Source: Octopus bimaculoides (lineage: Eukaryota). From it: 59,693 bases of DNA. The stretch lies in assembly GCF_001194135.2 (NCBI RefSeq), contig NC_068981.1, forward strand, positions 63,189,905-63,249,597, given 5' to 3'. The notes under the pieces were generated by a model that worked only from the letters and a program-made list of their open reading frames with translations, had not been told where the DNA came from and made no database searches. The translations under genes and the position numbers were made by a program. Positions 12,251-26,034 of this stretch are shown here, piece by piece; the stretch's first letter is position 1, and the number at the start of each line of letters is the position of its first letter.

Positions 12251-12595
12251 AAGGTGCATAGCTTAGTGGTTAAATTGTTTGGCTCACAATCATGAGGTAG
12301 TGAGTTCAATTCTTGGACTGGGCTGTTTTGTTGTGCCCTTGAGCAAGATACTTATTCCACATTGCTCCAGTTCACTCAGCTGTAGAAATGAGCTGCGACG
12401 TCACTGGAGCCAAGCTGTATCTGCCTTTACCTTTCCTTTGGATAACATTGGTGGCATGGAGAGGGGAGGCTGATATGCATGAGTGACTGCTGGTCTTCCA
12501 TAAACAACCTTGCTTGGACTTGTGCCTTGGAGGGTAACTTTCTAGGTGCAATCCTACAGTCATTCATGACCGAAGGGGATCTTTGAAGGGATGAA
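12251..12595 (+). mobile_element. tRNA-derived SINE with CORE-like central region
   Basis: A-box-like TAGCTTAGTGG and B-box-like GAGTTCAATTC, followed by GTGCCCTTGAGCAAGATACTT...CACTCAGCTGTAGAAATGAG; reverse copies at about 43050-43330 and 39170-39305. Confidence 0.7.
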
Positions 12596-13097
12596 AGGCA
12601 AAATTAACCTGGACTGGATTTGAACTCAAATGTAAGAGCTGGAATACTGCAAGGCATTTTTTAAAATGCTCTAATGATTAAGTCCCAAGCAAAAAATGGA
12701 CAATAAAATAATAAAGATTTTCCTCATTGGCTCAACATCAGATATTTATAGGGAATAGGTAAATTTGATGGAATTGATTCCAGGGGAACAGAAAGTCAGC
12801 CCTAATGAAATTTAATATCTCCTTCGGAGAGTAAAAGGTTTTATGATAAAGCGGATAGAAACAATGGTGATAACAATGAGAAAAATTATCATTCTTATTT
12901 TTGTCACGATTTGGGTGAAGAATGTTTGTTTACCAGCGTTTTAAAAATAGGTGAACAAAATATTTCAAGTGAAATTTTAAATCAGTATACTGTTATTGGG
13001 CTTCTGAACAAATTTTATCAACTAAATTTTACTCTCATGGCATTGGTCAGCCTGAAGCTATAGTTGAAGACAGTTACACAAGCTGTTGTGCTATGGG

Positions 13098-13491
13098 GCG
13101 TGGAGGCACAATGGCCCAGTGGTTAGGGCAGTGGATTCGCGGTCATAGGATTGCAGTTTCGATTCCCAGACCGGACGCTGTGAGTGTTTATTGAGTGAAA
13201 ACACCTAAAAGCTCCACGAGGCTCCGGCAGGAGATGGTGGCGAACCCTGCTGTACTCTTCCACCACAACTTTCTCTCACTCTTACGTCCTGTTTCTGTTG
13301 TGCCTGTAATTCAAAGGGTCATCCCTGTCACACTCTCATGCTGAATCTCCCCGAGAACTACGTTAAGGGTACACGTGTCTGTGGAGTGCTCAGCCACAAG
13401 CACGTTAATTTCACGAGCAGGCTGTTCCGTTGATCGGATCAACTGGAACCCTTGATGTCGTAAGCGACAGAGTGCCAACAACAACAACAAA
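13098..13491 (+). mobile_element. Full-length tRNA-derived SINE with (CAA)n tail and 11-bp TSD
   Basis: A-box TGGCCCAGTGG and B-box GTTTCGATTCC; TSD TGTGCTATGGG at 13087-13097 and 13492-13502. Confidence 0.85.
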
Positions 13492-14791
13492 TGTGCTATG
13501 GGATTGTTTTTTCTTTTATCTTTTACTAGTATCAATCATTGGACTGCAGCCATGCTGGAGCATCACCTTGAAGAATTCAGTTGAACAAATCAACCCCAGT
13601 ATTTATTTTTTAAAATCTGGTACTTATTCTGTTGGACTCTTTTGGCAAAATGCTAAGTTATAGAGACATAAACAAACCAACATCAATTGGTGATGAGGAA
13701 CAAACACAGACACATATATACATGAATGATAGGCTTCCATACAGTTTCTGTCTGCCAAATTCACTCACTAGGTAGGGGCTATAGTAAAAGACACTTGCCC
13801 AAGGTGCCAAGCAGTGAGACTGAACCCAAAGCACATGAGCTTTTGAACCATATAGCCTAACCATATATGCTTAACTATCCTCCCTCATGATCCTTACACT
13901 TTCCTTCTTGTTTGGCCTTGGGCCTTGATAGACTCCTAGGAGCTTCAAAGTAATTTATGGCATGTCTCGGGCAACTTTTGGATATAACGAAGCTCATCCA
14001 GTTATGACTATAGCCAATTTCTTCCAGAAAGAGAGATACAGACATTGTGAGTGAAAGGTTAAAAAAAAAAAAAAAAAAAAAAAAAAGAATTATCCTTGGT
14101 ATATTACTGCTACTTTATTTATTGACTTTGAAAGTTTAAAAGACAAAGTCCGCATCAGCAGCACTTGAACCCAGTGCTTAGAGAACTGGAAAAACTACAG
14201 AAACACAATGTATCCAATGTTGTAATGACTGCCAATTGGCTGCCTTATGTTAAGTATGATACTAATTATCAGTGTTGCTACCACCTCTGTTATCACTACT
14301 ATAACTATCCCCTGCCGCCACTTCTGTTACTATAAAGTCAAAATCACTACCATTACCACCACCACCACCACAACCACCAACAACAACAAAAACCACTTGA
14401 GCCAATGAGGGAGTCTCAGAGTGATGGCACAATCAAGTCCTCCTCAAATTACAACAGATTTTCAAAAAGGAAGATTACAAGTTGGACAATAGTCCCAGAG
14501 ACATCGTTTGAAAATAAAATGGTATGGTCATGGCTGGTATGGCTTGGGCTAAACTCAGATCACTGAAACTCAAGCTAATGTTGTTGTATGACTTCCTAGA
14601 AATAACAGCCAAATGTCCTTGAAATCACACCTTATCTTTAGAAAGGAAGGAAGTCAGATTGTGTAATCTCTCTTGCTCCATATATAATTTATAACTCAAA
14701 GGCTGAGAATATTGTATGTGGCACTAGAGGTCCTCGAGTCTCTTTGTGACTTCAACCAACCAATAATAATAATAATAATAACAATAACAAC

Positions 14792-14825
<34 letters not shown>

Positions 14826-15124
14826 GGCGCAGGAGTGGCTGTGTGGCAAGTAGCTTGCTTACCAACCACATGGTTCCGGGTTCAGTCCCACTACGTGGCA
14901 CTTTGAGCACGTTTCTTTTACTATAGCCTAAGGCCGACCAAAGCCTTGTGAGTGGATTTGGTGGACGGAAACTGAAAGAAGCCCGTCGTATGTGCGTGTG
15001 TGTACACATACACAGAAATACATACGTATGCGTCATCATTTGGCAGGGTGATCACAACCGGAATGTCTTCGATTACCGGACATCTCTTTTCAAGGTTGCC
15101 TTGAGACAAATCAACAGACCACTT

Positions 15125-15310
15125 TTACTACTACTACTACTACTATTACTACTACTACCACTACCACTACTACTTCCACTATCAGCAACAAGTACGACTA
15201 TTATCGCTGTCTCTATAATCGTCACTACCACTACTACAACACAAACAACTGTGACTGTTACAACCACATCATAACCACAACCACCACCACCACCACCACC
15301 ACAACCAAAC
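15125..15310. repeat. Compound (ACT)n/(ACC)n trinucleotide repeat
   Basis: Directly visible tandem triplets. Confidence 0.9.
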
Positions 15311-15624
15311 TTCATCAAGTATCACACTACACAATTTCCTAACCTACTTTTATTTTCTTGCGCTTTGTAGCGAGGAGTGTTTTAGTTTGCTTGTGTTCAG
15401 TTATAAAATACGCCCCCTAACAATAGGAGTTAAACTTATATCCTCTACAACAGCTAAACTTATATCGTCTATAACAGATATATATATATATATAAAGAAA
15501 TTAATTTCATTTAATTAAACAGAGCAACAGGCAACAACACATACAAGTATTAAGGTGAAAACTTTTATTAAAAGGTAGGAAATCTTTTGTTTATTTGATT
15601 TTTCAGTTTACATGCATGTATCTG

Positions 15625-15685
<61 letters not shown>

Positions 15686-17159
15686 TAAATGCAGAGATAA
15701 ACAAGTTAGATCAATATATTAAATACATGAAATACAAAAAATCTATATCATCCGTATTTTGTGTAAGTCGGACATTTTTGTATGTAAACATAAATACATT
15801 TTTTGTATTTCATGTATCTAATATACTTTATACCTTGATATGTCTATCCTGCTTATTCCTACATTTACTTCTATACCCGCTCAAGTTTAAATATCATGAG
15901 CGCTTCTGATTTTCATCTATGAACTCCACACACACACACACTGTAGGCTATATAATACACATTCAATATTTTATGTGTTTATCTATCTATCTAATATATA
16001 TATGTGTGTGTGTATATCGATGAATACACACATTTCTCTATACACCTGGTGTATACACACAAACTAACACATATTGAATTTATTAACAGCTGTGTAAGTA
16101 ACTAAGCACTTAGTACATTGTATAGCTTTGTAGAGACCCATACGTATCATGTGTATATGATATATAGTAGACATATGTTATACATAATATGTATTATAGA
16201 AGTTGTTTGTGTGAAGCATGTCCGCACCAACCCCCACACAATCATATGTAATATAAATAAGATTACAACTTTCGATCTAAAGTTTTCGTGCTATCGACCT
16301 CATGGGCAGCTATCAACGGATTGATTTGTGTATGTATATGTATATATCTGCATGTACGTGTGTGTATGTATATATGTATGTGCATAAGTAGTTAAGTCTA
16401 TGTCCAGTCATAGAGTGACCATTGGTATCGCATCCACAAAGGGCTTAGCTCCGTGAACGTCCCGCCAGACTCTAAAGCCGAATTTTAATATGCTATGTTT
16501 GTTTTTACGGTCTTAGTCCCAATTATGCAAGTACTGAATGTGTGTGTGTGTAGGGTATTAGGTTAAAAGTGCGTGTTTATTTTGTGTTGTTAAGTTAGTC
16601 AACATATTATTGAAATGAGTCAACATTTCGAATAGTATAGTTGCAAATTCATATTCGATGATAAACGTATGTGTGCGTAGGTGTGTTTTGTAAGGAAGAG
16701 AAACCAAAACTCAATGCAAACATATTCTCTTAACAAGATAAAGATAAAAAAAAACAAAAACAAGTAAGGTTTTTATTCTATGTCCTCAACACACACATTC
16801 CTATATGTACAAGCTAAGATCCAACTGGTTGCTTTTTTCCTAGAAAAGCTAATCTGGCATAAGTTTGTATGGTTCATTTGAAACATCCAGGTTGTTGACG
16901 ACAATTAGATGATTATCCATGTTTTAACTTTCACCAGGTTAATTTTAAACAACGCCCCGTACGTATCTGTATATATGATATTCGTGTGCTAAAATTCATA
17001 TCTGGTAGTACTCAGAATGTATAAAAGTCAAATTAAAGTCTAACTTCATCTGCATTTGAACACCATTATAAATTAAAAAAAAAAAAGTGATTGGGGCTGA
17101 GTTCATTTGTAATCAAAGATGTGCTAAACTTATGTAAGATTAGTGAATCATAATGCTAA

Positions 17160-17460
17160 ACAAACATGACGATCCTCTAAGAAACTAAATTACGGGGGTG
17201 CTACGTAAATTTTGAGTGACTTTGATATAAAATTTATTACCCACCTATAAAGATACCAACACTTGATAATAAAGACAGAAAGTGAGGTCACTCACGGAAA
17301 CATGGTAAATAGAGGATCGGTGCGGTGTGGCGATAGAAACGAGAAAGTAGGGGTGTTTATGATCTGATATATTGATTAGGCGTGAAACATTTAAAAATTT
17401 GTCTGATAACATATTTAATTTCTGATATGCTCAGTCGTAGCACAATAGATCCGTTGTTCA
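17160..17460 (+). promoter_or_regulatory. Candidate promoter/first-exon region (CpG-retaining)
   Basis: About 11 CpG in 300 bp versus about 3 in the next 540 bp (manual count); GGAAACATG|GTAAAT donor-like site at 17304/17305; T-rich sequence downstream. Inference only. Confidence 0.35.
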
Positions 17461-17761
17461 GTGATTTATAATTTTTTAAAGTGTTTTTTTTTTTCATTTA
17501 GATAATGTAAACTTTATGTTGTAATGGATAGTGAATGGAGGAAACTGATGAGAAAATGTTGAAAGAGACACACATTGTAGGGCTAGTAAAAGCAGACGTA
17601 AATTGTAGAGCTAGAAGATGGGATGCTTAACATAGAGCCATCCTACACAAATGCTGGTCTCTAAGAAAGAAAGCCCATCATTTGAATATAGACATTAAAC
17701 AACAGTGATAACTTTCTAAATCTTAGAAGAGCTTTTCTAAATTTTACCATTTCCCTTTCAG

Positions 17762-17817
17762 GATAGACATTTGACAGGCATTAGTGATAGCCAATAAAAG
17801 CGTATATTCTAGGTGTG
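17762..17817 (+). other. Candidate 56-nt non-coding (5' UTR) exon
   Basis: Strong acceptor (TTTTACCATTTCCCTTTCAG) and consensus donor (TG|GTAAGT); all three frames contain stops. Confidence 0.35.
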
Positions 17818-20800
17818 GTAAGTGAGCATCTGTCGGTGATGGTAAATTTTCATTCATTTGGCTCATATCCATTTTTCCATACTGGCATGGATTTGCAAGG
17901 ACTTTACAGATATGTAGTTCCTGTTACCAACTTTATCCCCCCCCCCCATTTTTTCCAGTAATGAAGTTCTTTTGACAAATGAGGAACATGAGTAATCATA
18001 CACATTATTTCCATACCACACACACACATGCGCTTCTTGCAGTTCTGTCTATTAGATTCACTTACAAGCATTGATTGGCCAAAAACTTTAGAAGCTATTT
18101 AACCAACATGCAGCTCTGTGGAACCAAACCACAAACGCGATGATTGTGAAGCAAACCTCTTAAACCACACATCCATATCAAGTTGACTTGATGGAACACA
18201 CCTATGCTTAATTGCATTCAAATCATGTCCACCTTATCTTTTTTGCATAAGTTTTGTGCCTCAGGAGATATTATCCTGCAAATCCCTTTTTTTATGATGG
18301 TAGAGTATGGTTTGAGGGAGCCCTATGAAGTTGAATATTCTAACCACCAGCATATTGTTAAACTGGAAGAATCAGCAAAACTATAGGGAGTAATGGGATG
18401 ATTTGGTTTATTCTAGTTTGCTTTGGGATACCTACAGATGAAGAGGTTAGGGCCATAAATAGCTACTAGATTCCAGAAATGATACACACATGATTTTGAG
18501 TGACAAAAACTTGGCGGAGGGGGGGGGGGGCTTATTCTCAAACTGATTCATCATTTCCAGTATTTCTATATCTCTCTGCACTATTGCTAACAGTTATCAA
18601 CCTCAGGCTAGCTTTATCTGTCCTTTTGGCCTGTCTTTTTTTTGTTCTGCAGAGTTTCTTGCAGCCCTCCTCACCTGTTTAGTTTGATGGGTGCATTGGT
18701 TTAATCACTGATGAGCTAACCATATAACAGGTTGTACTGGATTACTTGTTGTTACAAGTAGCACCCAGGTATGATGTGACATGTGTGTACTTAACACTAA
18801 TACTGTATTTGCTATTTATTTGATGACTAGTTTTTTTCTTGAAGATGTCATTGTATATTGTTTTGGCAAGAGCATCAAACTGCGTAGGAAGGTCATCATA
18901 TGTAGACAGTACTGTCTTAAGGTATGGGCACTAGCGCATCAGGGAGGAGGGGGGGGGGCGATAGGAGTGGTCTGCCCCAGGTGGCACTTTTAAAGGGGTG
19001 CCACTTTTGGATCTTCTGTAGACAATGTTTTTTGTGGGGTCTAGGGGTGGCAAACAGAAGGGTGGCACACACTCTATCTATGCTAGTGGGTATTGGCACA
19101 GCACGGGCTCACTGGAAAGTTGCCTAGGGACCCAATCTTGATTTATATATGTTATGGTTTGCTATCAATAAATAAATACTATAGGGCCCAGTGAATGATT
19201 TGCTCAGGAGCTTATAATACAGCTAAAACAGTCCTATATGGAGAGGCAGTTACTAATTGTGTGTGTGATAGCTTTCACAGACACCTGGCACATTTAACAT
19301 TTTTAGTTGCCTCTTGGTGGGAGCGGGGGCTGGGTGAGTTAAGGACATTGTCCTTTTATTCTTTTATTCTTTTATTTGTTTCAGTCATTTGACTGCAGCC
19401 ATGCTGGAGCACTACCTTTAGTCAAACAAATCGACCCCAGGACTTGTTCTTTGCAAGCCTAGTACTTATTCTATTGGTATCTTTTATTTAGTACTTATTC
19501 TATCAGTCTCTAACTTACGGGGACATAAACACACCAGNNNNNNNNNNNNNNNNNNNNNNNNNNNNNNNNNNNNNNNNNNNNNNNNNNNNNNATATATATA
19601 TATATATACATACATACATACACACACACACACAATGGGCTTCTTTCAGTTTCCATCTACCAAATCCATTCACAAGTATTTGGTCTGCCCTAGGCTATAG
19701 TAGAAGACACTTGCCCAAGGTGCTATGCAGTGCGACTGAACCGGAAACCATGTGGTTGGTAAGCAAGCTACTTACCACACAACCACTCCTGCACTATTTG
19801 TTCATCTTCTAGTTTGTTATTCCTCTTTGCTCTCAGATATTGAAATGTGGAGTGTTCATGAGTCTAAGAGAGGTTGGACACCTGCTTAATGTTGGCACTG
19901 TTTTGATGTTTATTCTTAAAATAATCATGCATAATAAAATGTATTGTTAGTATACAATGTTTCTTCTTCCTGGTTAAGATAGACCTGTCTAGCACTTCTG
20001 TTATCACATGTGATATCATCAAGTGTATGTTTGTGAATATCTTTGTTGATATACCATCTGGTGACTGCCTCTTCAGCATGTAACTTGAAGTAATGGAATA
20101 GAAATTAGCTTAAACAATTATTATTGTCACCAATTTATATCCACCTCACAGAGCCAGTGACAAGTGACCGAGACCTTTCGTGATATACCATGCTTAAGAA
20201 GACCTGTCAAACCAAGTACGATTGTAATCCTGGCTTATGCCAGTACTGCGTAACTGATAGCCATGCTAGTGGCATGTAAAAAGCACTCACAGAGCTGTTG
20301 GCATTAAGAAGGGCATCCAGCCATAGAAACCATGTCAAATCAGATTGGAACCTGGCGCAGCTCCCCAGCTTACCAGTTTTCAGTCAAACCATCCAACCCA
20401 TGCCAGCATAGACAACAGATGTTAAATGATGATGAGGTGATTTCAATGTTAGCATTGATTGGATAGGTCATCATGGACAGAGTCAGTTCTTATTTGAAGT
20501 TACCACCTTCCTCAACAGAGGGACTATATCTCACTCATAACGTTGCATTTTTTGCATGTTTTCTATGGCTGGATATCTTTCCTGTTGCCAATCAGTTTGC
20601 AGAATGTACTGGGTACATGTTATTGTGGCACCAGCACAAAAGGAGTCATCGTGTTCCAGGCTAGACTAAAAGTTTTCTTTATCCTTCATTATTGACTCGT
20701 TTTATACCAAGATGCTAATGTTGGTATAAAAGGCTGTTAATGCTATGCCATGAATTGTTGTACACAAGGCTATATTTTTTCTCATCATAGGTGCAGGGAC

Positions 20801-22880
20801 GGCTGTGTGGTAAGAAGCTTGTTTCCCAACCACATGGTTCTGGGTTCAGTCCCACTGTGTGGCACCTTGGGCACTTGTCTTCTACTATAGCCTTGGACTG
20901 ACCAAAGCCTTGTGAGTGGATTTGGTAGATGGAAACTGAAAGAAGCCTGTTGTATATATATATANNNNNNNNNNNNNNNNNNNNNNNNNNNNNNNNNNNN
21001 NNNNNNNNNNNNNNNNNNNNNNNNNNNNNNNNNNNNNNNNNNNNNNNNNNNNNNNNNNNNNNNNNNNNNNNNNNNNNNNNNNNNNNNNNNNNNNNNNNNN
21101 NNNNNNNNNNNNNNNNNNNNNNNNNNNNNNNNNNNNNNNNNNNNNNNNNNNNNNNNNNNNNNNNNNNNNNNNNNNNNNNNNNNNNNNNNNNNNNNNNNNN
21201 NNNNNNNNNNNNNNNNNNNNNNNNNNNNNNNNNNNNNNNNNNNNNNNNNNNNNNNNNNNNNNNNNNNNNNNNNNNNNNNNNNNNNNNNNNNNNNNNNNNN
21301 NNNNNNNNNNNNNNNNNNNNNNNNNNNNNNNNNNNNNNNNNNNNNNNNNNNNNNNNNNNNNNNNNNNNNNNNNNNNNNNNNNNNNNNNNNNNNNNNNNNN
21401 NNNNNNNNNNNNNNNNNNNNNNNNNNGGTAAATAACAAAATTAAAAACAATGGTTAAAAAACACTATTCTTGAGTATAGTTGTTTACATTGGCACTCACT
21501 GCTTCTTTTATAAACTGGTATTTATTTTATTAACCTCGGACGGATGAAAGGTAAAGTGGACAAGAACAAGATTTATAGACAATCTATAAATAAAATATAA
21601 AGCATTAAAGCAACAGAAATTAATTTGTATTTGTTCCATTTTTTTTTTTTTGTTTTTGTTTTTTTAATTCAAACAAGGCATAAAGGTGATGATGGTGCAG
21701 AGACATGAAGTCTGAAATTAAGCAAAAATTAATAAACAATATTTTATATATTTAAATAAACAATCAAAAACTCACGAAATTCTGAATTGGAGAAACTACA
21801 CTTTAACTGAAACTTGAGACAAAGCTTCACAGCTATACGTATGTGTTAGACCATGTGTTATTGGTACAGTTGTGGCTGTGTGGTTAAATAGCTTGTTTCC
21901 CAACCATGTGGTTTTGTGTTCAGTTCCACTGCACAGCACTTTGGACAAATGTCTTCTACTATAGCTCCTGGTCAGCCAAAGCCTTCTGAGTGGATTTCAT
22001 CATCATCACCATCTTTATTTAACATCCATTGTCCATGCTGGCCTGGGTTGGACGGTTTGACCAGAGCTGGCAAGCTGGGGAGCAGCACCAGGATCCAGTC
22101 TGATTTGGTCTGGTTTCTATGGCTGGATGCCCTTCTTAATGCCAACCACTTCACAAAGTGTGCCAGGTGCTTTTACGTGGCACCACACAGGCACTTTTAT
22201 TTGACCCTCAGTGCTTTACACCACCATAGGGACAGATCTTAACACTTCTGCTGCAGAGTACAGGTCTCCTTGAGTACAGCAAGCCGCCAGGCATCTTTGT
22301 CCTTTGTCATCTCACCTGAAAGGTTCAGCATCCTGAGCATTCTGAACCCTTCATAGGCAGAAACTGACAAAGTCTGTCATCTGTGTGTATGTACTTGTGT
22401 ATACCTGTGCTTAAACATGTAAGAGTTGTAAATGTGGAACAATATTGTCATACAAGCTAGGTTGTTTCTAGTCATCATCATCATCATCCTTTAATGTCCA
22501 TTTTCCATGTTGGCTCCGTGAAAAGCATGTCTAGCTATGGGAATATATTACCTTGCTTGAAAACAGATTGGTGACTGAAAAGGCATCCAACCATAGTAAA
22601 TTTGCCCCAAAATTCTGGCTCCTGAAAGAACAGAAAAGTGGATGTTAGATGATGATGAAATCAATGATCTTGCTTATTCTTCAAGATGATTCAAAGAACT
22701 GGGACAACTGAGAAATGGATTAATAGGATTCCTGACATTGGTTTTAATTTTCTAGAAAGGAAACATTTAGTTATATTAACTTCTAGAAGAATGGAAAAGA
22801 AAGTTAACCTCAGTCAGATTTGAACTCAGAACAGAACATAAAAGGGAGCAACAAAATATTGTAAGGAATTTCGGTTAACC

Positions 22881-23118
22881 CAGTGGTTTTCAACCAAGGT
22901 CCATATAACCCTTGTGGGTCCAATAAGATTGTGTTGTTTAAATTTATGTGCAATAAATTAGTAATACTTCTCTAATACACAATATACAATTCCTAATAAT
23001 ATTTAATTAAAAAGAAAGTAATAGAATTTTTTTTTAAAGATTAAATGGCTATGAGGGTCCTACAGAATAAAATATTAATCAAAGGAGGCCATAGATTAGA
23101 AATGGTTGAGAATCACTG
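22881..23118. mobile_element. hAT-type MITE
   Basis: TIRs CAGTGGTTTTCAACC / GGTTGAGAATCACTG; an inverted relative lies at 51708-51964; the 8-bp TSD is not preserved here. Confidence 0.65.
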
Positions 23119-24189
23119 GTCTGTTCCATGCAAGCATGGAAAGTGGATGTTAAAACAATGATCATTATGATTTTGTCAGAAACTCTACAAATTCTACCAC
23201 TTCACTACCCTTCTCTGTATTAAAATGGATCCTTTACCAATGTTTTTATTGAGATTTTGAATAACTGCAGTAGATTTATTCTTTTATTGATTTCATTCAT
23301 TTGACTGTGGCCATGCTGGAGCACAGCCTTTAGTTGAACAAATCAACCCCAGGACTTATTCTTTGTAAGCCTAGTACTTATTCTATCAATCTCTTTTGCC
23401 AAACTGCTAAGTTATGGGGACGTAAACACACCAGCATCAGTTGTCAAGCGATGATGGTGGGGACAAACACAGACACACAAACATATAAATACATATATAT
23501 GTATATATATATATATATATATNNNNNNNNNNNNNNNNNNNNNNNNNNNNNNNNNNNNNNNNNNNNNNNNNNNNNNNNNNNNNNNNNNNNNNNNNNNNNN
23601 NNNNNNNNNNNNNNNNNNNNNNNNNNNNNNNNNNNNNNNNNNNNNNNNNNNNNNNNNNNNNNNNNNNNNNNNNNNNNNNNNNNNNNNNNNNNNNNNNNNN
23701 NNNNNNNNNNNNNNTATATATGAAGGGCTTCTTTCAGTTTCTGTCTACCAAATCCACTCACAAGGCTTTGGCTGGCTCAAGGCTATAGCAGAAAACACTT
23801 TCCCAAGGTGCCACGCAGCAAGACTGAACCTGGAACCATGTGGTTGGTAAGCAAGTTTCTTACCACACAGCCACACCTGTTATTTATATTAATATGATGG
23901 AAAGCTGGTAGAATTGTTACCATGCCAGACAAAATGCTGAGTGGCATTTCTTCTGGCTTTTTATATTCTGAATTAAAATTCTACTTAGGTCAACTGTACC
24001 TTTCTATCCTTTGTGGATCAATAAAATAGGCACCAGTTGAACATTGGGGGCCAATGTAATGAATGTACCTCACTGCACTAAAATTGCTGGCCTTGTGCCA
24101 AAATTTGAAACTGTTTTGTGATTATATTATCATTATTGAGTGAGGAAGAAGGCAGTGAGCTGGCAGAATCATTAGCACACCAGGGGAAA

Positions 24190-24904
24190 TCATCATCATC
24201 ATCATCATCATCGTTTAACGTCCGCTTTCCATGCTAGCATGGGTTGGACGATTTGACTGAGGACTGGTGAAACCAGATGGCAACACCAGGCTCCAATCTA
24301 ATTTGGCAGAGTTTCTACAGCTGGATGCCCTTCCTAACGCCAACCACTCAGAGAGTGTAGTGGGTGCTTTTACGTGNNNNNNNNNNNNNNNNNNNNNNNN
24401 NNNNNNNNNNNNNNNNNNNNNNNNNNNNNNNNNNNNNNNNNNNNNNNNNNNNNNNNNNNNNNNNNNNNNNNNNNNNNNNNNNNNNNNNNNNNNNNNNNNN
24501 NNNNNNNNNNNNNNNNNNNNNNNNNNNNNNNNNNNNNNNNNNNNNNNNNNNNNNNNNNNNNNNNNNNNNNNNNNNNNNNNNNNNNNNNNNNNNNNNNNNN
24601 NNNNNNNNNNNNNNNNNNNNNNNNNNNNNNNATCTTCTCACGCACAGCACATTTCCAAAGGTCTCGGTCAGTAGTCATCGCCTCGGTGAGGCCCAATGTA
24701 TGAAGGTCTTGCCTCACCACCTCAGCCCAGGTCTTCCTGGGCCTACCTCTTCCACGGGTTCCCTCAACTGTTAGGGTGTGGCACTTTTTCACACAGCTAT
24801 CCTCATCCATTCTCACCACATGTCCATACCAGCGCAATCGTCTCTCTTGCACACCACAACTGATGCTTCTAACGTTCAGCTTTTCTCTCAAGATACTTAC
24901 ACTC
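24190..24904 (-). mobile_element. 5'-truncated RTE LINE inserted inside a SINE; contains an N gap
   Basis: SILREKLNVRSISCGVQERRLRWYGHVVRMDEDSCVKKCHTLTVEGTRGRGRPRKTWAEVVRQDL; (CAT)n tail on +; closely similar to 1361-2520. Confidence 0.9.
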
Positions 24905-24975
24905 AGCAGTATTTCGTCTGTCGTCACATTCTGAGTTCAAAATCCACCAAGGTTGACTTAGCCTTTCATCCTTTT

Positions 24976-25300
24976 TTGTTGTTCTTGTTTTTTCCTTCTT
25001 GAGTCATGTGTGGCTCATAAGGGCTGATTTCCTGGTTTCATTATCATGTAGGTTCTCCACCTGGATGGGACACCAGTCCGTCACAGGTGAGCTGCTAAAT
25101 GCAGGAGGAAAGAGTGAGAGAAAGTTGTGGTGAAAGTTATGATGAAAGAGTCAACAGAAGTTTGCCAATATCTTCTGCCGGTGTCATGTGGAACTTAGGT
25201 ATTTCGCTCATAAACACACACATCACCCGGCCTGAGATTTGAACCTGCGATCCCTTGACTATGAGTCTGCTACTCTAACCACTAGGCTATGTGCCCCCAT
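24976..25300 (-). mobile_element. tRNA-derived SINE with 13-bp TSD, nested in another SINE
   Basis: TSD CTTTCATCCTTTT at 24963-24975 and 25301-25313; minus-strand head TAGCCTAGTGGTTAGAG...GGTTCAAATC. Confidence 0.82.
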
Positions 25301-25980
25301 CTTTCATCCTTTTAGGGTTGATAAATTATGTAACAGTGAAACACTGGGGTCATTGTCATCAACTAGTCCCCTCCCCCAAATTTCAGGCCTTTTGCCTTCA
25401 GTAGAAAGGATTATTGAATGAGAGAGCAGCATGTGCCATCAAAGTGACACTGGGGTACAAATATACAAAACCTAATATATCGATCATGACTACTCGTCTG
25501 ATAAGGGTACACCAGGCACATGCATCACAACCATATGTGCACAACATGGTGACCTCATATCAAGGTAAACAGTGTATGACATTGCAGGTGGGACCTAGTT
25601 AGATTTTTTTCTTCAGGTTGAGTAGTACATTCTGCTCAAAAGGTCCTTGAATAAGGGTTGTTTTTTTTTTAAGGATGCTGAACAAAACACCCGTATTTCC
25701 AGGAATGGATTATTCAAACCCCAAAGAATCCCTCTTAACACATGGTTATGATGCTCCACACCATTACTCCTGCTACCAATCAAAGATACACATATCATCA
25801 GCTACTAAGGGACATACTCAACTGGTTAAGGTCAAGCAACTGACAAGGAAATCTGTGGTATTGAGCAGAATATTTGTTGTAGCCCATCTTTTATACCAAG
25901 GCAAAACAATGTACATGATAACACTACCAATCAGTTAAAATCAGAATCCATGAGAACCAGTGGCTGGTACTGCATCAAGG

Positions 25981-25981
<1 letters not shown>

Positions 25982-26034
<53 letters not shown>
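25982..26034. repeat. (ATT)n microsatellite
   Basis: Perfect tandem triplets. Confidence 0.95.

Noticed and set aside
12251-12325. tRNA-like sequences (also 13098, 25300 minus, 52553)
   Set aside because: A and B boxes are present, but there is no complete cloverleaf and each continues into a repeated body, most with a TSD; these are SINE heads, not tRNA genes.
14752-15318. Poly-Leu/Ile/Thr/Gly ORFs resembling membrane or mucin proteins
   Set aside because: Translations of (AAT)n, (ACT)n and (ACC)n repeats.
16700-17304. Minus-strand protein-coding gene starting ATGTTTCC|GTGAGT
   Set aside because: The nearest plausible acceptor (about 16840) gives a stop within about 25 codons, and no downstream exons were identified; kept only as a caveat in the promoter finding.
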